DNA of 64,000 nt from Candidatus Moraniibacteriota bacterium. GTDB lineage: Bacteria; Patescibacteriota; Minisyncoccia; Moranbacterales; UBA11712. A program made the position numbers and the translations under genes. The stretch spans positions 21,201 to 85,200 of the forward strand of contig JAQVJV010000001.1 of assembly GCA_028695025.1 (NCBI GenBank). The letters are read 5' to 3'. The notes below the pieces were generated by a model. It worked only from the letters and a program-made list of their open reading frames with translations, was not told the DNA's origin and did not search any database. Below, one piece after another: positions 39,222-49,386 of the stretch. Each line of letters opens with the position of its first letter. Positions within the stretch are counted from its first letter, which is position 1.

Positions 39222-39548
39222 ATGGAACTTAAACAAATCATCGATCGCGCTGCTGAAATAAAAGAAAAATATCACGAGCTTGAGCGAAAAAAATACGGGA
39301 AAACTTGGACCAATGCCCAAATCATGGAAGGTTTTGTGGTTGATATTGGCGATCTCATGAAAATCATCATGGCAAAAGACAACCTTCGGGAAATGGAAAA
39401 TATTGAAGAGAAACTGGAACATGAGCTTGCCGATTGTCTTTATAGTATTTGTGTTTTATCGCATAAGTATAACGTAGACCTCGAAAAAGCGTTTTTGAAA
39501 ACAATGGATTATCAAGAGAAACAAATAGCTGACGGAAAAGAGGAATAA
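39222..39548 (+). CDS. MazG-like pyrophosphohydrolase
   Basis: Start at ATG 39222; GFVVDIGDL...LEHELADCL. Confidence 0.75.
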   Translation: MELKQIIDRAAEIKEKYHELERKKYGKTWTNAQIMEGFVVDIGDLMKIIMAKDNLREMENIEEKLEHELADCLYSICVLSHKYNVDLEKAFLKTMDYQEKQIADGKEE

Positions 39549-39558
39549 AAAGAAAGAT

Positions 39559-41187
39559 ATGCAAGAGTTATTCGAAAATCTGAAAAATATTTTCAAAAAA
39601 GACATCTCCATCCTTTGGATTTTTTCGGCGGTGCTGGGATTGGCGCTGGTGGCGCTCGACCTCAGAAACAAACTGCCTCTTAGGGCAGGGGATTTTGCTT
39701 TTATTTCTATTCTGATTCTTTGCGTGGCAATGTATCGCCCGCGCTGGGTTTTTTATATCTTCATCTCGCTCGTTCCGCTCGAAAACATCATTCTCGCTTC
39801 AGGCTATCTCCCTCTCCAACTTCGGCCTTATCAATTTGTCGGAGCGGTCCTGGCGATCGCCATTTCCATCCTTTGGGCGGCAAGACACTTGAATTTCAAA
39901 CTTTTGAAACCCGCTTGGCTTGATTGGCTGGTTTTTTCGCTTGTCCCCTTGAGTTTTTTGCCGCTGATCACAGCTCAAGCCAAGAGCGCGATTATCAAAA
40001 ATAATTTAATATTATTTTCTTTCGTAGTCCTTTATTTTTTGGTCCGGAATTTCGTGAGGACGAAAAGACACTTGCTTGAAACCGTTTTTTTCACGCTGGC
40101 TGGCAATTTGGTCGTTCTGGCATATGGATTCGGCCAAGTTTTCGCCGACAAATTCGGCCGCAATTCGTTCGAGGTTTTTTTCGGCCGGCCCAACGCCGCT
40201 TTCACCGAACCGGACTGGCTGGGAATATACTTATGTTTTATGCTGGCTATTTTGCTCAGTATCCTATATTTCCTTTGCCATCCTGCGCATAGTCGAAAAT
40301 TTTTAGAAAAAATTACAAATGTCGTGGCCTATGTCCTTGTTTTTCTTGATCTCACCCTTCTCATCCTCACTCTTTCCCGATCGGCTTGGGTGGGAGCGGC
40401 CGGATTGATATTTTTCTTTTTGATTTTCAGTTTGTATGAAAAAAAGAATTCTGGTCCGGTTTTCACGCCAAAAAAATTCGCCAAAAATTTTGCGGCTATG
40501 GTAGCAATAATTGTGCTATCCCTCGCCGCCGTCCATTTTGGCCGGCTTTCCAAGTTTGATATTTTCGACCGGGCCCGTTCCACCGCCACAAGCGAACAAA
40601 AAATCACAATCGCCTGCGACAATGACGAAAACATTCCCGAATATATTACCGATACTTCTGAATTATCAAGCTATAATTGCCTTCACATCAATCTCGAAGA
40701 CATCAAAAGCTTCCAGTCCCGAGGGAAATACGTTACAGAAATTTTTCGGAAAGACCCGAATGTGGCCACCCGGAGCGAAATATATCAAAAAAGTTTTGAG
40801 ATTCTCAAAAAAAATCCTCTTTTCGGCATTGGATTCGGGACTATTTCGCAGACACTCGGCACAGATTCACGCGGATCCGGCCTCAACGAGAGCAATATTT
40901 TCCTTCAGGTCTGGGCGGGGACGGGGGTTTTAGGTCTCACGTTTTTCACGGTTTTGCTTGCTTACCTTGCGATTTTCAGCCTGCGCCGCCTCTCTCCCGC
41001 ATGCCCCCTCAACCATTTCATCGGATGCCCGGTAGCAAGAGGCGAGTTCGAACAATTTCTCAATGTCTTTCTTTTTCTTGGACTCGTCGGTTTGATCTTG
41101 CCCAATCTCTTCAACGCGGGACTTTTCATGGGAATTTGGTGGATCGGATTGGGAATCTTGACGAGTGTTTCAAAGATCCAAAACTAA
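39559..41187 (+). CDS. O-antigen ligase/Wzy-like membrane protein
   Basis: RPNAAFTEP, LTLSRSAW, R..I, PLFGIGFG, N.FLQ...G.LG. Confidence 0.85.
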   Translation: MQELFENLKNIFKKDISILWIFSAVLGLALVALDLRNKLPLRAGDFAFISILILCVAMYRPRWVFYIFISLVPLENIILASGYLPLQLRPYQFVGAVLAIAISILWAARHLNFKLLKPAWLDWLVFSLVPLSFLPLITAQAKSAIIKNNLILFSFVVLYFLVRNFVRTKRHLLETVFFTLAGNLVVLAYGFGQVFADKFGRNSFEVFFGRPNAAFTEPDWLGIYLCFMLAILLSILYFLCHPAHSRKFLEKITNVVAYVLVFLDLTLLILTLSRSAWVGAAGLIFFFLIFSLYEKKNSGPVFTPKKFAKNFAAMVAIIVLSLAAVHFGRLSKFDIFDRARSTATSEQKITIACDNDENIPEYITDTSELSSYNCLHINLEDIKSFQSRGKYVTEIFRKDPNVATRSEIYQKSFEILKKNPLFGIGFGTISQTLGTDSRGSGLNESNIFLQVWAGTGVLGLTFFTVLLAYLAIFSLRRLSPACPLNHFIGCPVARGEFEQFLNVFLFLGLVGLILPNLFNAGLFMGIWWIGLGILTSVSKIQN

Positions 41188-41286
41188 ACTTCTCAAAAAT
41201 TGACTTTTTCCTTTATATCTGCGATAAAAACACAAAGGAGAAATTGAGATCCTTAAAAATTTCAAAAGAAAGGCAGGTGATTTTGA

Positions 41287-41802
41287 GTGAATTGGAAAAA
41301 TCAAAAAGGCCCCAGAAAACCTTGGGCAAAACCGATTTTCGGCAATCCGGACAGCATAAAAAATAATCAAGCCCCAAGCCCAGGATCGCCAGGATGGAAA
41401 GAATTCATCCTGCGGAAACAGAAATCGACAGATCCTAAATTAGGAAAAATACACAAGGAAAGAAAGATCGACAGCAAAAAAATCATGGAAAATATTTCTG
41501 CCGAATGCAATGAGAAGAAAGATATGATGGATGAAATAGGTGATGATCGAGTATTGGCAATTGTTAATTGTTCGACATTCAGAAATTATCTGGCCAATCA
41601 AAATGGAAAAATGGAAATAATCCATCGTGATTTGGTTGAAACTCTTCTCTGTTTAACTTCCCAAGAAATCGATCTTCTATATAAATATTATCCGCAAAAT
41701 ATGCAGATGAAAGATATTGCCGCTTTAATGAACTTGACTTCGGTTGAAGCGCGCAACTTGAGAAAAATAATCATCGGCAAAATTATCAATCAGCTACAAT
41801 AA
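41287..41802 (+). CDS. Hypothetical protein with a sigma70 region-4-like C-terminal HTH
   Basis: LTSQEIDLL..YY.....KDIAALMNLT...ARNL...IIGKI pattern; own terminator. Confidence 0.5.
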   Translation: MNWKNQKGPRKPWAKPIFGNPDSIKNNQAPSPGSPGWKEFILRKQKSTDPKLGKIHKERKIDSKKIMENISAECNEKKDMMDEIGDDRVLAIVNCSTFRNYLANQNGKMEIIHRDLVETLLCLTSQEIDLLYKYYPQNMQMKDIAALMNLTSVEARNLRKIIIGKIINQLQ

Positions 41803-41833
41803 AGCCTTGGCGCCGGAGGAACCAAGGCTTTTT
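41801..41833 (+). terminator. Intrinsic terminator
   Basis: AAAGCCTTGG...CCAAGGCTTTTT. Confidence 0.75.
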
Positions 41834-41871
41834 CATTTGCCCGAAGCCTTTTTTTATGCTTAAATTAAGCC

Positions 41872-43002
41872 ATGAAAATTGCTATTGATATTCGGCTGAT
41901 TGGAAAAAAAAGAACCGGCGACGAGGTGGTGTTTTTCAATTTGGTGAAAAATCTGGCAAAAATCGACCATGCCAACGAATATTTCCTCTTCACCGACCGC
42001 GACCTCCAAAAAGATCCGGATCTGGCCGCCGAAATCGCCAAACTGGAGCTTGGCCGGAATTTCCGCGTGGTTTTCATCAACACTCCCAACCGTTTTTGGT
42101 GGAACCTGTGGGCCTTGCCGAGATACCTCCAAAAAAATCCGGTGGACGTTTTTCATACGCAGTACATTGCACCGTTTTGGTTGCCACGAAAGATAAAGTT
42201 GGTTCTCACAATCCATGACATTTCTTTCAATTTTTTCCCGCAATTCATCAAATCGTCCGATTTATTTTTTCTGAAAAATCTTATCCCAAGAAGCATCCGG
42301 CGCGCAGACAAAATAATTACCGTCTCCGAAAGCGAGAAGCAGAATATTATTGATTATTATAAAATTCCCGAAAAAAAAGTTAAATTTACTTATAACGGCG
42401 TTGATTTTGAAAGATTTAACCGAAAAATATCGGAAGAGGAAAAAGAAAATGTCAGAAAAAAATACAGTTTGCCCCAAAAATTCTTGCTTTATATAGGCAC
42501 GATGCAACCCAGAAAAAACCTTCCTGTCGCAATTGAAGCCACAAAAGACATAGCTATAAAATTGGTCATTCCCGGAAATAGAAATGCCCATAATTTTGAC
42601 AAAAAAATCGATGAAGTCATTGGTATCAACAATCTACAGGAAAAAATAATTTTCCCCGGTTGGATCGAGGAAGAAGACAAACCAGCAATAATCCAAATGG
42701 CAAAATGTTTTGTTTTTCCCTCTCTTTATGAAGGTTTTGGCATTCCGGGAATTGAAGCTATGGCTTCAGGCACGCCGGTCGTAGCTTCAAACATTCCTGT
42801 TTTCCGCGAAATTTTTCAAGATGCGGCCCTTCTCTCGAATCCGCAAAATAGCGAAGAATTTTCCCAAAATATCAAAAAAGTTCTCGGGAATATTGAACTT
42901 AGAAATAAAATGATTGAAAAAGGGGGGGAAACCGCGCAGAATTTCACTTGGCAGAAAAATGCGGAGAAAACCAAGAAAATTTATGAAGAATTGGCAAAAT
43001 AA
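41872..43002 (+). CDS. GT4 glycosyltransferase
   Basis: MKIAIDIR; TIHDI; PRKN; EGFGIPGIEAMASG. Confidence 0.92.
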   Translation: MKIAIDIRLIGKKRTGDEVVFFNLVKNLAKIDHANEYFLFTDRDLQKDPDLAAEIAKLELGRNFRVVFINTPNRFWWNLWALPRYLQKNPVDVFHTQYIAPFWLPRKIKLVLTIHDISFNFFPQFIKSSDLFFLKNLIPRSIRRADKIITVSESEKQNIIDYYKIPEKKVKFTYNGVDFERFNRKISEEEKENVRKKYSLPQKFLLYIGTMQPRKNLPVAIEATKDIAIKLVIPGNRNAHNFDKKIDEVIGINNLQEKIIFPGWIEEEDKPAIIQMAKCFVFPSLYEGFGIPGIEAMASGTPVVASNIPVFREIFQDAALLSNPQNSEEFSQNIKKVLGNIELRNKMIEKGGETAQNFTWQKNAEKTKKIYEELAK

Positions 43003-43011
43003 GCAAAATTA

Positions 43012-43040
43012 TTGCAAACGGTTAAGAACCAGTTTATAAT
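43012..43040 (+). promoter_or_regulatory. Sigma70 promoter, leaderless geometry
   Basis: TTGCAA-17-TATAAT, ATG 7 nt later. Confidence 0.7.
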
Positions 43041-43047
43041 CCAATTT

Positions 43048-44064
43048 ATGGCTTTTTTCTCAAAAAAATTCAGGTGGTTAAAAATATTTCTGGTCATTCT
43101 TTTCCTTCTTTTGGCCGGTGCGGGATGGGCGATGTATAAAACCGGAACCACTTTGAGCAAAATTTCCACCAAGGATGACCTTTTTTCCGGATTATGGAAA
43201 GCTATTCCCGGAGTCGGTTCGGATGAGGAGCTTCAAGGAAAAAACGAGGGACAGATCAATGTGCTTCTCCTTGGCATGCGCGGGGAGAATATGGAAGGCG
43301 GCGGCCTTTTGGCCGACAGCATCATCGTGGCCGCCATCAGGCCCGAAGAAAAACGGGTAGCGCTCATTTCCATCCCCCGCGACCTCTATGTCCAAGATCC
43401 GGGCACGACCAGCCAAAGCAAAATAAACGCCGTGAACGCTATCTATGAAGAAAAAGGGGAGGGAAAGGGCATGGAAATGATGAAACAGGTGGTGGGGGAA
43501 GTAACCGGCCTTCCGATCCACTACGCCGCCACGATCGATTTCAAAGGATTTAAAGAAATCGTGGACACGGCGGGCGGAGTGGATGCCTATCTCGATGAAT
43601 CCTTTTCAGAGCCCACCCAATTCGAAGGCGAGGAAGCCGCCAATTTTTCTTTGCCGGCCGGGAAAAACCATCTCGACGGGCAAAAAGCGCTTTTTTTCGT
43701 CCGGGCCCGCTATGCTTCCTCCGATTTTGAAAGGGCCAAGCGCCAACAGCAAGTCCTTCTCGCCCTCAAAGACAAAATGTTGAGCCTTGGCACCCTTTCC
43801 GATTTCGGAAAACTGAACAACATCTTGAACATCCTTGGCGACGATGTTCGGCTCGACATGGATATCAACGAAATCAAGAAATTTTATGAACTCGCGAGCG
43901 GCATGACTGACCCGAAAATCACGCAAAAAGTGTTCGACACTTCGGAAGGCGGGTACCTTTACGCTTCCAAAGCCGACACGCCCGAAGGAAAAACCTACAT
44001 TCTCTTGCCTTCCGGCGGCAATTATGACAAAATACAGGAAGCTTGCCGAAATATTTTTGAATAA
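43048..44064 (+). CDS. LCP (LytR-CpsA-Psr) family glycopolymer transferase
   Basis: INVLLLG, DSII, SIPRDLYV, KINA, GGVD, R.R..SDF.R.KRQQ. Confidence 0.92.
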   Translation: MAFFSKKFRWLKIFLVILFLLLAGAGWAMYKTGTTLSKISTKDDLFSGLWKAIPGVGSDEELQGKNEGQINVLLLGMRGENMEGGGLLADSIIVAAIRPEEKRVALISIPRDLYVQDPGTTSQSKINAVNAIYEEKGEGKGMEMMKQVVGEVTGLPIHYAATIDFKGFKEIVDTAGGVDAYLDESFSEPTQFEGEEAANFSLPAGKNHLDGQKALFFVRARYASSDFERAKRQQQVLLALKDKMLSLGTLSDFGKLNNILNILGDDVRLDMDINEIKKFYELASGMTDPKITQKVFDTSEGGYLYASKADTPEGKTYILLPSGGNYDKIQEACRNIFE

Positions 44065-44073
44065 AACTTGGCA

Positions 44074-44235
44074 AGAGCCTGCCCAGAATCTCCGTATTCT
44101 GCTGCAAATTCCAAAAATCGGCTGCAAATTTTTCAAAACTCGTCGAAATATCAACCGATATTCCTCCTCATTTTTCAAAATTTTCGCTCGATTTCTGGAA
44201 TTTTCGCGACGAAAGAGAGATTCTAGACAGGCTCT
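44074..44235. mobile_element. MITE-like 162-bp inverted-repeat element
   Basis: Terminal IR AGAGCCTGCCCAGAATCTC vs reverse-complement AGAGCCTGTCTAGAATCTC (17/19); internal IR; non-coding. Confidence 0.65.
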
Positions 44236-44241
44236 AAGTAA

Positions 44242-45075
44242 ATGAAGACCGAAACCCAAAAGCCGGAACTCTCCATCATCATCACGAGCTACAAAAACCC
44301 GGCAGTGCTTCGGCTTTGCCTTGAATCGCTCAAGAAGAACGTCCTTTGCGAAAATTACGATATTTTGGTCGTAGATAGCGCCACCGAAGAAGCCACCGAA
44401 ATAATGATGCGGGAAAATTTTCCGGAAATAGCTTTCTTTCCCCATTCAAAAAACCTGGGATTTGCCCGGCTGGCCAATGAAGGCCTCGAGAAATCAACCG
44501 GGGATTATATCCTGATCCTCAACGCCGATATTGTCATTGAAAAAAAATCCGTCGATCTCCTGATGGAGTTTCTCAAAAAAAATCCGGATGTCGGCTTGGT
44601 CGGCCCCAAACTTCTCAACTTTGACGGCAGTATCCAACCGTCCCGTTTCCGATTTTATACGCCCCTTGTGATTCTCTATCGCCGAACTCCGATAGGTAAA
44701 TTAAAATTTGCCCAAAAGAAGATACAGCGGTTTTTATATGAGGATAAAGACTTGGAAAAGCCTTTTGAAGCCGACTGGCTGATGGGTTCGGCTCTCATGG
44801 CAACCCGCAGATCTCTTGAAAAGATCGGGCTGATGGAAGAAAATTTCGGGTTCATGTATTTCGAAGATGTGGACTGGTGCCGCCGTTTCTGGGAAAGCGG
44901 GTTGAAAGTTGTGTATTATCCTCTGGTTCAAATGTACCACTATCACGGAAAAGGCTCCGCCAGCGCAGGAGTGGTCAAATCCGTGCTTTTCAACAAGTAT
45001 ACCCGCGAACATTTGAAAAGCGGCCTGAAATATTTTTGGAAATATCTGGGAAAACCAAATCCCCATAAGGAATAG
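44242..45075 (+). CDS. GT2 glycosyltransferase (rhamnosyltransferase-like)
   Basis: NLGFA..N.G, ILNAD, GP.LLN.DG, FMYFEDVDWC. Confidence 0.9.
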   Translation: MKTETQKPELSIIITSYKNPAVLRLCLESLKKNVLCENYDILVVDSATEEATEIMMRENFPEIAFFPHSKNLGFARLANEGLEKSTGDYILILNADIVIEKKSVDLLMEFLKKNPDVGLVGPKLLNFDGSIQPSRFRFYTPLVILYRRTPIGKLKFAQKKIQRFLYEDKDLEKPFEADWLMGSALMATRRSLEKIGLMEENFGFMYFEDVDWCRRFWESGLKVVYYPLVQMYHYHGKGSASAGVVKSVLFNKYTREHLKSGLKYFWKYLGKPNPHKE

Positions 45076-45081
45076 AATTTT

Positions 45082-46374
45082 ATGGATATTGAAAATATCG
45101 AAAACGTAAATCAAAACACGCCTCATATGCCGCCGAAGCCGAAGAAAAACCGGAATTATTTCAAATTTTTCGGCCTTGTTGTCGTTGTCTCTATCAGCTT
45201 TTTCGCCGGGACGCTATACAACAAACATGTCTCCGCCGATTCGGCCTCGGGAACAGCTTCCATTGAGGATATATTGGCCAAAACCCACGACAAATCCCAG
45301 CCGGAAAATGTCGATTTCACCCTTTTTTGGGAAGCCTGGAACCTTCTCAATGAAAAATATGTTGATACTTCCAAATTGGATCAGCAAAAAATGATCTACG
45401 GCGCGATTTCCGGAATGGTGAAATCATTGGGAGATCCTTTTTCCAGTTTCATGGATCCGGAAGAAAGCCAGCAATTCTCCCAAGATTTAGAAGGAACCTT
45501 TGACGGGATCGGAGTGGAAATTGGCATGAAAAATGACGTTCTGACCGTCATTTCGCCTCTTGAAGGTTCGCCCGCCGAAAAAGCCGGCCTCCAAGCCGGG
45601 GACAAAATTTTGAAAATAGGCGACAAGCTCACGACCGACCTTTCCATCGACGACGCCGTAAGCCTCATCCGCGGCCCGAAAGGGACCGAGATTGCTTTGA
45701 TGGTTCTCCACGAAAAAAGCAACGATCCGGTGGAAGTGAAGATAGTCCGAGATCAGATAAACGTAAAAAGCGTCACATTGGAATGGAAGGACGGAAAAAT
45801 TGCCGTCGTCAAAATATCCAAATTCGGCGATGATACTATTTCCGGAATGAATCAGGCGGCCAGCCAAGCGGTATCCCAGGGCGCTAAAGGAGTCATTTTG
45901 GACCTTCGCAACAATCCCGGCGGATATCTTGAAGCGGCCGTTGAAGTTTCTTCCAAATTCATTCCCGAAGGCGAAGTGGTTGTTTCTGAAGAAGAACGCG
46001 GGGGTGAAAAACAAGAATACAAGGCTCGCGGGGGAGACATCCTGGGAAACATTCCGGTGGTAGTCCTCGTAAACGGCGGAAGCGCCAGCGCTTCTGAAAT
46101 CACCGCCGGCGCCCTGCGGGATGATCTTGGCGCCCAGCTCATTGGTACAAAAACATTCGGAAAAGGTTCGGTCCAAGAGCTTGAAAAAATGACCGGGGGA
46201 TCAAATTTGCGGGTTACAATCGCCCGCTGGATGACCCCGAACGGGGATTATATCATGGAAAAGGGGATTGATCCGACCATCGAGGTTGATTTGACGGCGG
46301 ATGACTATAACAACAACAAAGATCCCCAAATGGACAAGGCGCTTCAGGAAATCAAAGCGAAAATCGGGCAATAG
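45082..46374 (+). CDS. C-terminal processing protease (S41A, CtpA-like)
   Basis: LGDPFS, GIGV PDZ domain, LDLRNNPGG, SASASEI, GKGSVQ. Confidence 0.95.
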   Translation: MDIENIENVNQNTPHMPPKPKKNRNYFKFFGLVVVVSISFFAGTLYNKHVSADSASGTASIEDILAKTHDKSQPENVDFTLFWEAWNLLNEKYVDTSKLDQQKMIYGAISGMVKSLGDPFSSFMDPEESQQFSQDLEGTFDGIGVEIGMKNDVLTVISPLEGSPAEKAGLQAGDKILKIGDKLTTDLSIDDAVSLIRGPKGTEIALMVLHEKSNDPVEVKIVRDQINVKSVTLEWKDGKIAVVKISKFGDDTISGMNQAASQAVSQGAKGVILDLRNNPGGYLEAAVEVSSKFIPEGEVVVSEEERGGEKQEYKARGGDILGNIPVVVLVNGGSASASEITAGALRDDLGAQLIGTKTFGKGSVQELEKMTGGSNLRVTIARWMTPNGDYIMEKGIDPTIEVDLTADDYNNNKDPQMDKALQEIKAKIGQ

Positions 46375-46380
46375 GGATTC

Positions 46381-46417
46381 ATCCCCTTGCCAATTTTCAT
46401 CAAATTTGTGAGGGGAT
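46381..46417. repeat. Intergenic hairpin
   Basis: ATCCCCTTGCCAATTT-TCATC-AAATTTGTGAGGGGAT. Confidence 0.5.
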
Positions 46418-46443
46418 TTACAAATAAACTTGGGGGATTTATA

Positions 46444-46899
46444 ATGAAGAATATGAAAGTAATCTTGCTAAAAGAAGTGGCAAAATTGGGCCGGGAGGGA
46501 GATATCGTGGAAGTAGCCGACGGCTACGCGCGTAATTTTTTGTTTCCGCAAAATCTGGCCAAAACAGCAACTGATCAAAATTTGAAAGAAGCTGAAGCCC
46601 AGAAAGAAAAGAAGAAGAAAAGTGATCAGGCGGAACTTGGAGAAACCCAGAAACTGGCGGAACAGCTTGAAGGCCGCGAATTGTTCGTCAAAGTGAAGGA
46701 AAAGGACGGAAAACTTTTCGGGTCTGTCAATGAAAAAACAATCTCGAAAACTTTTGCCAGTGAAGGATTGGAAATTTCCCCGGAAAGCATCGAACTCCCG
46801 GAACCTATCAAAGAAGTGGGAGACTATGATGTCAAAATCAATTTGCCGCACGGCCTGGAAGCAAACATAAAAGTCATCCTGGTTTCCGAAGAGGCATAG
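46444..46899 (+). CDS. rplI: 50S ribosomal protein L9
   Basis: MKVILL..V..LG..GD.VEV..GYARNFL.P; KLFGSV. Confidence 0.97.
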   Translation: MKNMKVILLKEVAKLGREGDIVEVADGYARNFLFPQNLAKTATDQNLKEAEAQKEKKKKSDQAELGETQKLAEQLEGRELFVKVKEKDGKLFGSVNEKTISKTFASEGLEISPESIELPEPIKEVGDYDVKINLPHGLEANIKVILVSEEA

Positions 46900-46925
46900 G
46901 AATATTTTTGAAACTTGATAATCTT

Positions 46926-46963
46926 GAAAATAGGGGTGAATCTTTCTCACCCCTATTTTCTTT
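46926..46963 (+). terminator. Long hairpin between rplI and pyrG
   Basis: GAAAATAGGGGTGA-ATCTTTC-TCACCCCTATTTTC followed by TTT. Confidence 0.7.
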
Positions 46964-46973
46964 AAAAATAAAT

Positions 46974-48599
46974 ATGCGTCCAAAGTACATTTTTGTCGTC
47001 GGGGGAGTAATGAGCGGCGTGGGAAAAGGAATCGCCACCGCCTCCATCGGAAAAATCCTGCAGTCGAAAGGATTTCGAGTTTCAGCGATGAAAATCGACC
47101 CTTATCTCAACGTCGACGCCGGAACGATGAATCCGACCGAGCACGGCGAAGTTTTTGTGATGGACAGCGGGATGGAAACCGACCAGGATATGGGAAACTA
47201 CGAGCGCTTCATGGATATCACCCTCCCGAGCGAAAATTATATGACCAACGGCCTGGTCTATAAGACCATCATCGACCGGGAGCGGGCGATGGGATACGGC
47301 GGCCGTTGCGTGGACGTGGTGCCGGATGTGCCGAAGGAAATCATCCGCCGCATTGAAAAGGCCCGGAAAAAAGCCAAAGCCGAAATCATGCTTGTGGAAA
47401 TTGGCGGAACACTGGGAGAATATCAGGGCTTGTTGTTTCTCGAAGCCGGCCGGATGATGCGCCTTGCCAACAAGGGAGATGTTCTTTTCGTCCTTGTGAG
47501 TTATCTTCCCGTCCCCTCAACCGTCGGTGAAATGAAAACCAAACCGACCCAGTACGCCGTCCGCTCGCTGAACGCCGCCGGAATCCAGCCGGACATCATC
47601 ATCGCGAGAAGCGCCGTAGCTCTCGACAAAAAGCGCAAGGAAAAAATCGCCGAACATTGCAATCTGCGCGAAGAGGACGTGATCAACGCGCCGGATATTG
47701 ATTCGGTTTATGAGGCGCCCGTCAATTTTGAAAAAGACAATTTGAGCGGAATTTTGCTCGGGAAACTCGGCCTCAAGCCCAAAAAGAAAGACCTGGTGGA
47801 ATGGAAAAAAATGGTCGAGAAAATGAAAGCCGCCAAAAAGCCGGTGAAAATCGGGATTGTCGGAAAATATTTCGGAACCGGTGATTTTGTCTTGTCGGAT
47901 GCCTATATATCCGTCATCGAAGCCGTGAAACATGCCTGCTATGCCAGCGGAAGAAAGCCGGAAATCGGCTGGCTCAATTCCGAAGAATATGAAAAAAATC
48001 CAAAGAAAGTTCAGGAACTCAAAAATTTTGACGGGATCTTGGTTCCGGGCGGATTCGGAGAGCGGGGAGTGGAAGGAAAAATCAAGGCCATCGAGTTTTG
48101 CCGCGAGAACAGGATTCCCTATTTCGGGCTTTGCTACGGCATGCAACTTCTCGTCATTGAATTCGCGCGCCACGTTCTTGGCCTCAAAGACGCAAACACA
48201 ACCGAAATCAACCGCAACACCAAGCATCCGGTGATCGACATCATGCCCGAACAGAAAAAGAACCTCGAAGACAAGAACTATGGAGCCACGATGCGATTGG
48301 GGGCCTACGCGGCAAAAATTAAAAAAGGCACCATTGCTTTTGGCGCCTATAAAACCGTGGATATTTCCGAACGACACCGCCACCGCTGGGAAGTGAATCC
48401 GGAATATATTGATAAGCTCGAAAAAGCCGGACTTGTTTTTTCAGCAACCTCGCCTGAAGGACGCCTCATGGAAATCGCCGAGCTTCCGCGCGCGAAAAGC
48501 CCGTTTCATCTTGGCACTCAGTTCCATCCCGAATTCAAATCCTCACCCCTGCACCCGCATCCGTTGTTCTTGGAGTTCATCAAAAGCGCGATGAAGTAA
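46974..48599 (+). CDS. pyrG: CTP synthase
   Basis: KYIFV.GGV.SGVGKG, KIDPYLNVDAGTM, KTKPTQ, GLCYGMQ, QFHPEF; start at ATG 46974. Confidence 0.98.
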   Translation: MRPKYIFVVGGVMSGVGKGIATASIGKILQSKGFRVSAMKIDPYLNVDAGTMNPTEHGEVFVMDSGMETDQDMGNYERFMDITLPSENYMTNGLVYKTIIDRERAMGYGGRCVDVVPDVPKEIIRRIEKARKKAKAEIMLVEIGGTLGEYQGLLFLEAGRMMRLANKGDVLFVLVSYLPVPSTVGEMKTKPTQYAVRSLNAAGIQPDIIIARSAVALDKKRKEKIAEHCNLREEDVINAPDIDSVYEAPVNFEKDNLSGILLGKLGLKPKKKDLVEWKKMVEKMKAAKKPVKIGIVGKYFGTGDFVLSDAYISVIEAVKHACYASGRKPEIGWLNSEEYEKNPKKVQELKNFDGILVPGGFGERGVEGKIKAIEFCRENRIPYFGLCYGMQLLVIEFARHVLGLKDANTTEINRNTKHPVIDIMPEQKKNLEDKNYGATMRLGAYAAKIKKGTIAFGAYKTVDISERHRHRWEVNPEYIDKLEKAGLVFSATSPEGRLMEIAELPRAKSPFHLGTQFHPEFKSSPLHPHPLFLEFIKSAMK

Positions 48600-48600
48600 A

Positions 48601-48624
48601 AGGCTTTCGGTTGAACGAAAGCCT
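48601..48624. terminator. Hairpin between converging genes
   Basis: AGGCTTTCG-GTTGAA-CGAAAGCCT. Confidence 0.65.
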
Positions 48625-48648
48625 AGAAAAATTTGTTAAGTAATTCAC

Positions 48649-48993
48649 TTATTTATTGCTGACGCGACCCCATTCCTCAGCGTTTTCTTTAGGAAATTCA
48701 CCACTCAGTTCCTTCATCAGGGACCTATAATCCCTGACTAATTGCTCGAGTTGCCGAAGTATAACCCTCTCGCTAAGATTTTTAATATCATCAATTTGCC
48801 TTCTTCCTATTTCTTCCTGTGTGATACAAGAATCCGAGTGTTCATTAAGTTTCTCAATAGATTCGTAATCTAGGTTTATGAACAAAGCAAACATACCAGA
48901 TTGCATCTTAGCGCTTAATTCAGCTAAAGATGCCGACAAGCGAGCGTATTCTGATAAAATAAATTTTTTCGAAAGTACTCTTTTTGGCTTCAC
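48649..48993 (-). CDS. Orphan hypothetical protein
   Basis: 114 aa, helical; CAGGGGG SD before GTG. Confidence 0.5.
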   Translation of the reverse strand: MKPKRVLSKKFILSEYARLSASLAELSAKMQSGMFALFINLDYESIEKLNEHSDSCITQEEIGRRQIDDIKNLSERVILRQLEQLVRDYRSLMKELSGEFPKENAEEWGRVSNK

Positions 48994-49025
48994 GTTTTGT
49001 CCCCCTGCAAGATATTTAAAAATAT

Positions 49026-49298
49026 TTACTCTACGCTCACAAACTTTGCTTTTTCAAGCTGGCCTGTGAACTTCCTGATTTTTTTTGCCGAAAACTTCAC
49101 AGAACCGTCCGCCACGGCAAAAAGAGTATCATCGCCGCCCTTTTCAACGTTTTTCCCCGGACGGAATTTCGTTCCGCGCTGACGAACGAGGATATTTCCG
49201 GTTTTCACGCGTTGTCCGCCGAATTTTTTGACTCCCAGCCGTTTCGATTGCGAATCGCGGCCAAGTTCTGTGGAGCCACCGGCTTTTCTATGGGCCAT
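49026..49298 (-). CDS. rpmA: 50S ribosomal protein L27
   Basis: [23 protein letters not shown]; RQRGTK. Confidence 0.98.
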   Translation of the reverse strand: MAHRKAGGSTELGRDSQSKRLGVKKFGGQRVKTGNILVRQRGTKFRPGKNVEKGGDDTLFAVADGSVKFSAKKIRKFTGQLEKAKFVSVE

Positions 49299-49386
49299 AA
49301 AGTTATCTAAAAGCTAAAAATGAAAATCAAAAAGCTTTTAAAGAGTTAATTTAATTACTATAAAATAATAGCTAATTCGCCCCAAA

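Noticed and set aside
40273-40300. Remnant palindromic element (encoding LCHPAHSR) in the O-antigen ligase gene
   Set aside because: It is too degenerate to support without alignments.
46900-46973. Bacillus-type pyrG reiterative-transcription attenuator
   Set aside because: There is no GGGC start with a pyrimidine-rich 5' terminator arm; an rplI terminator is the simpler reading.
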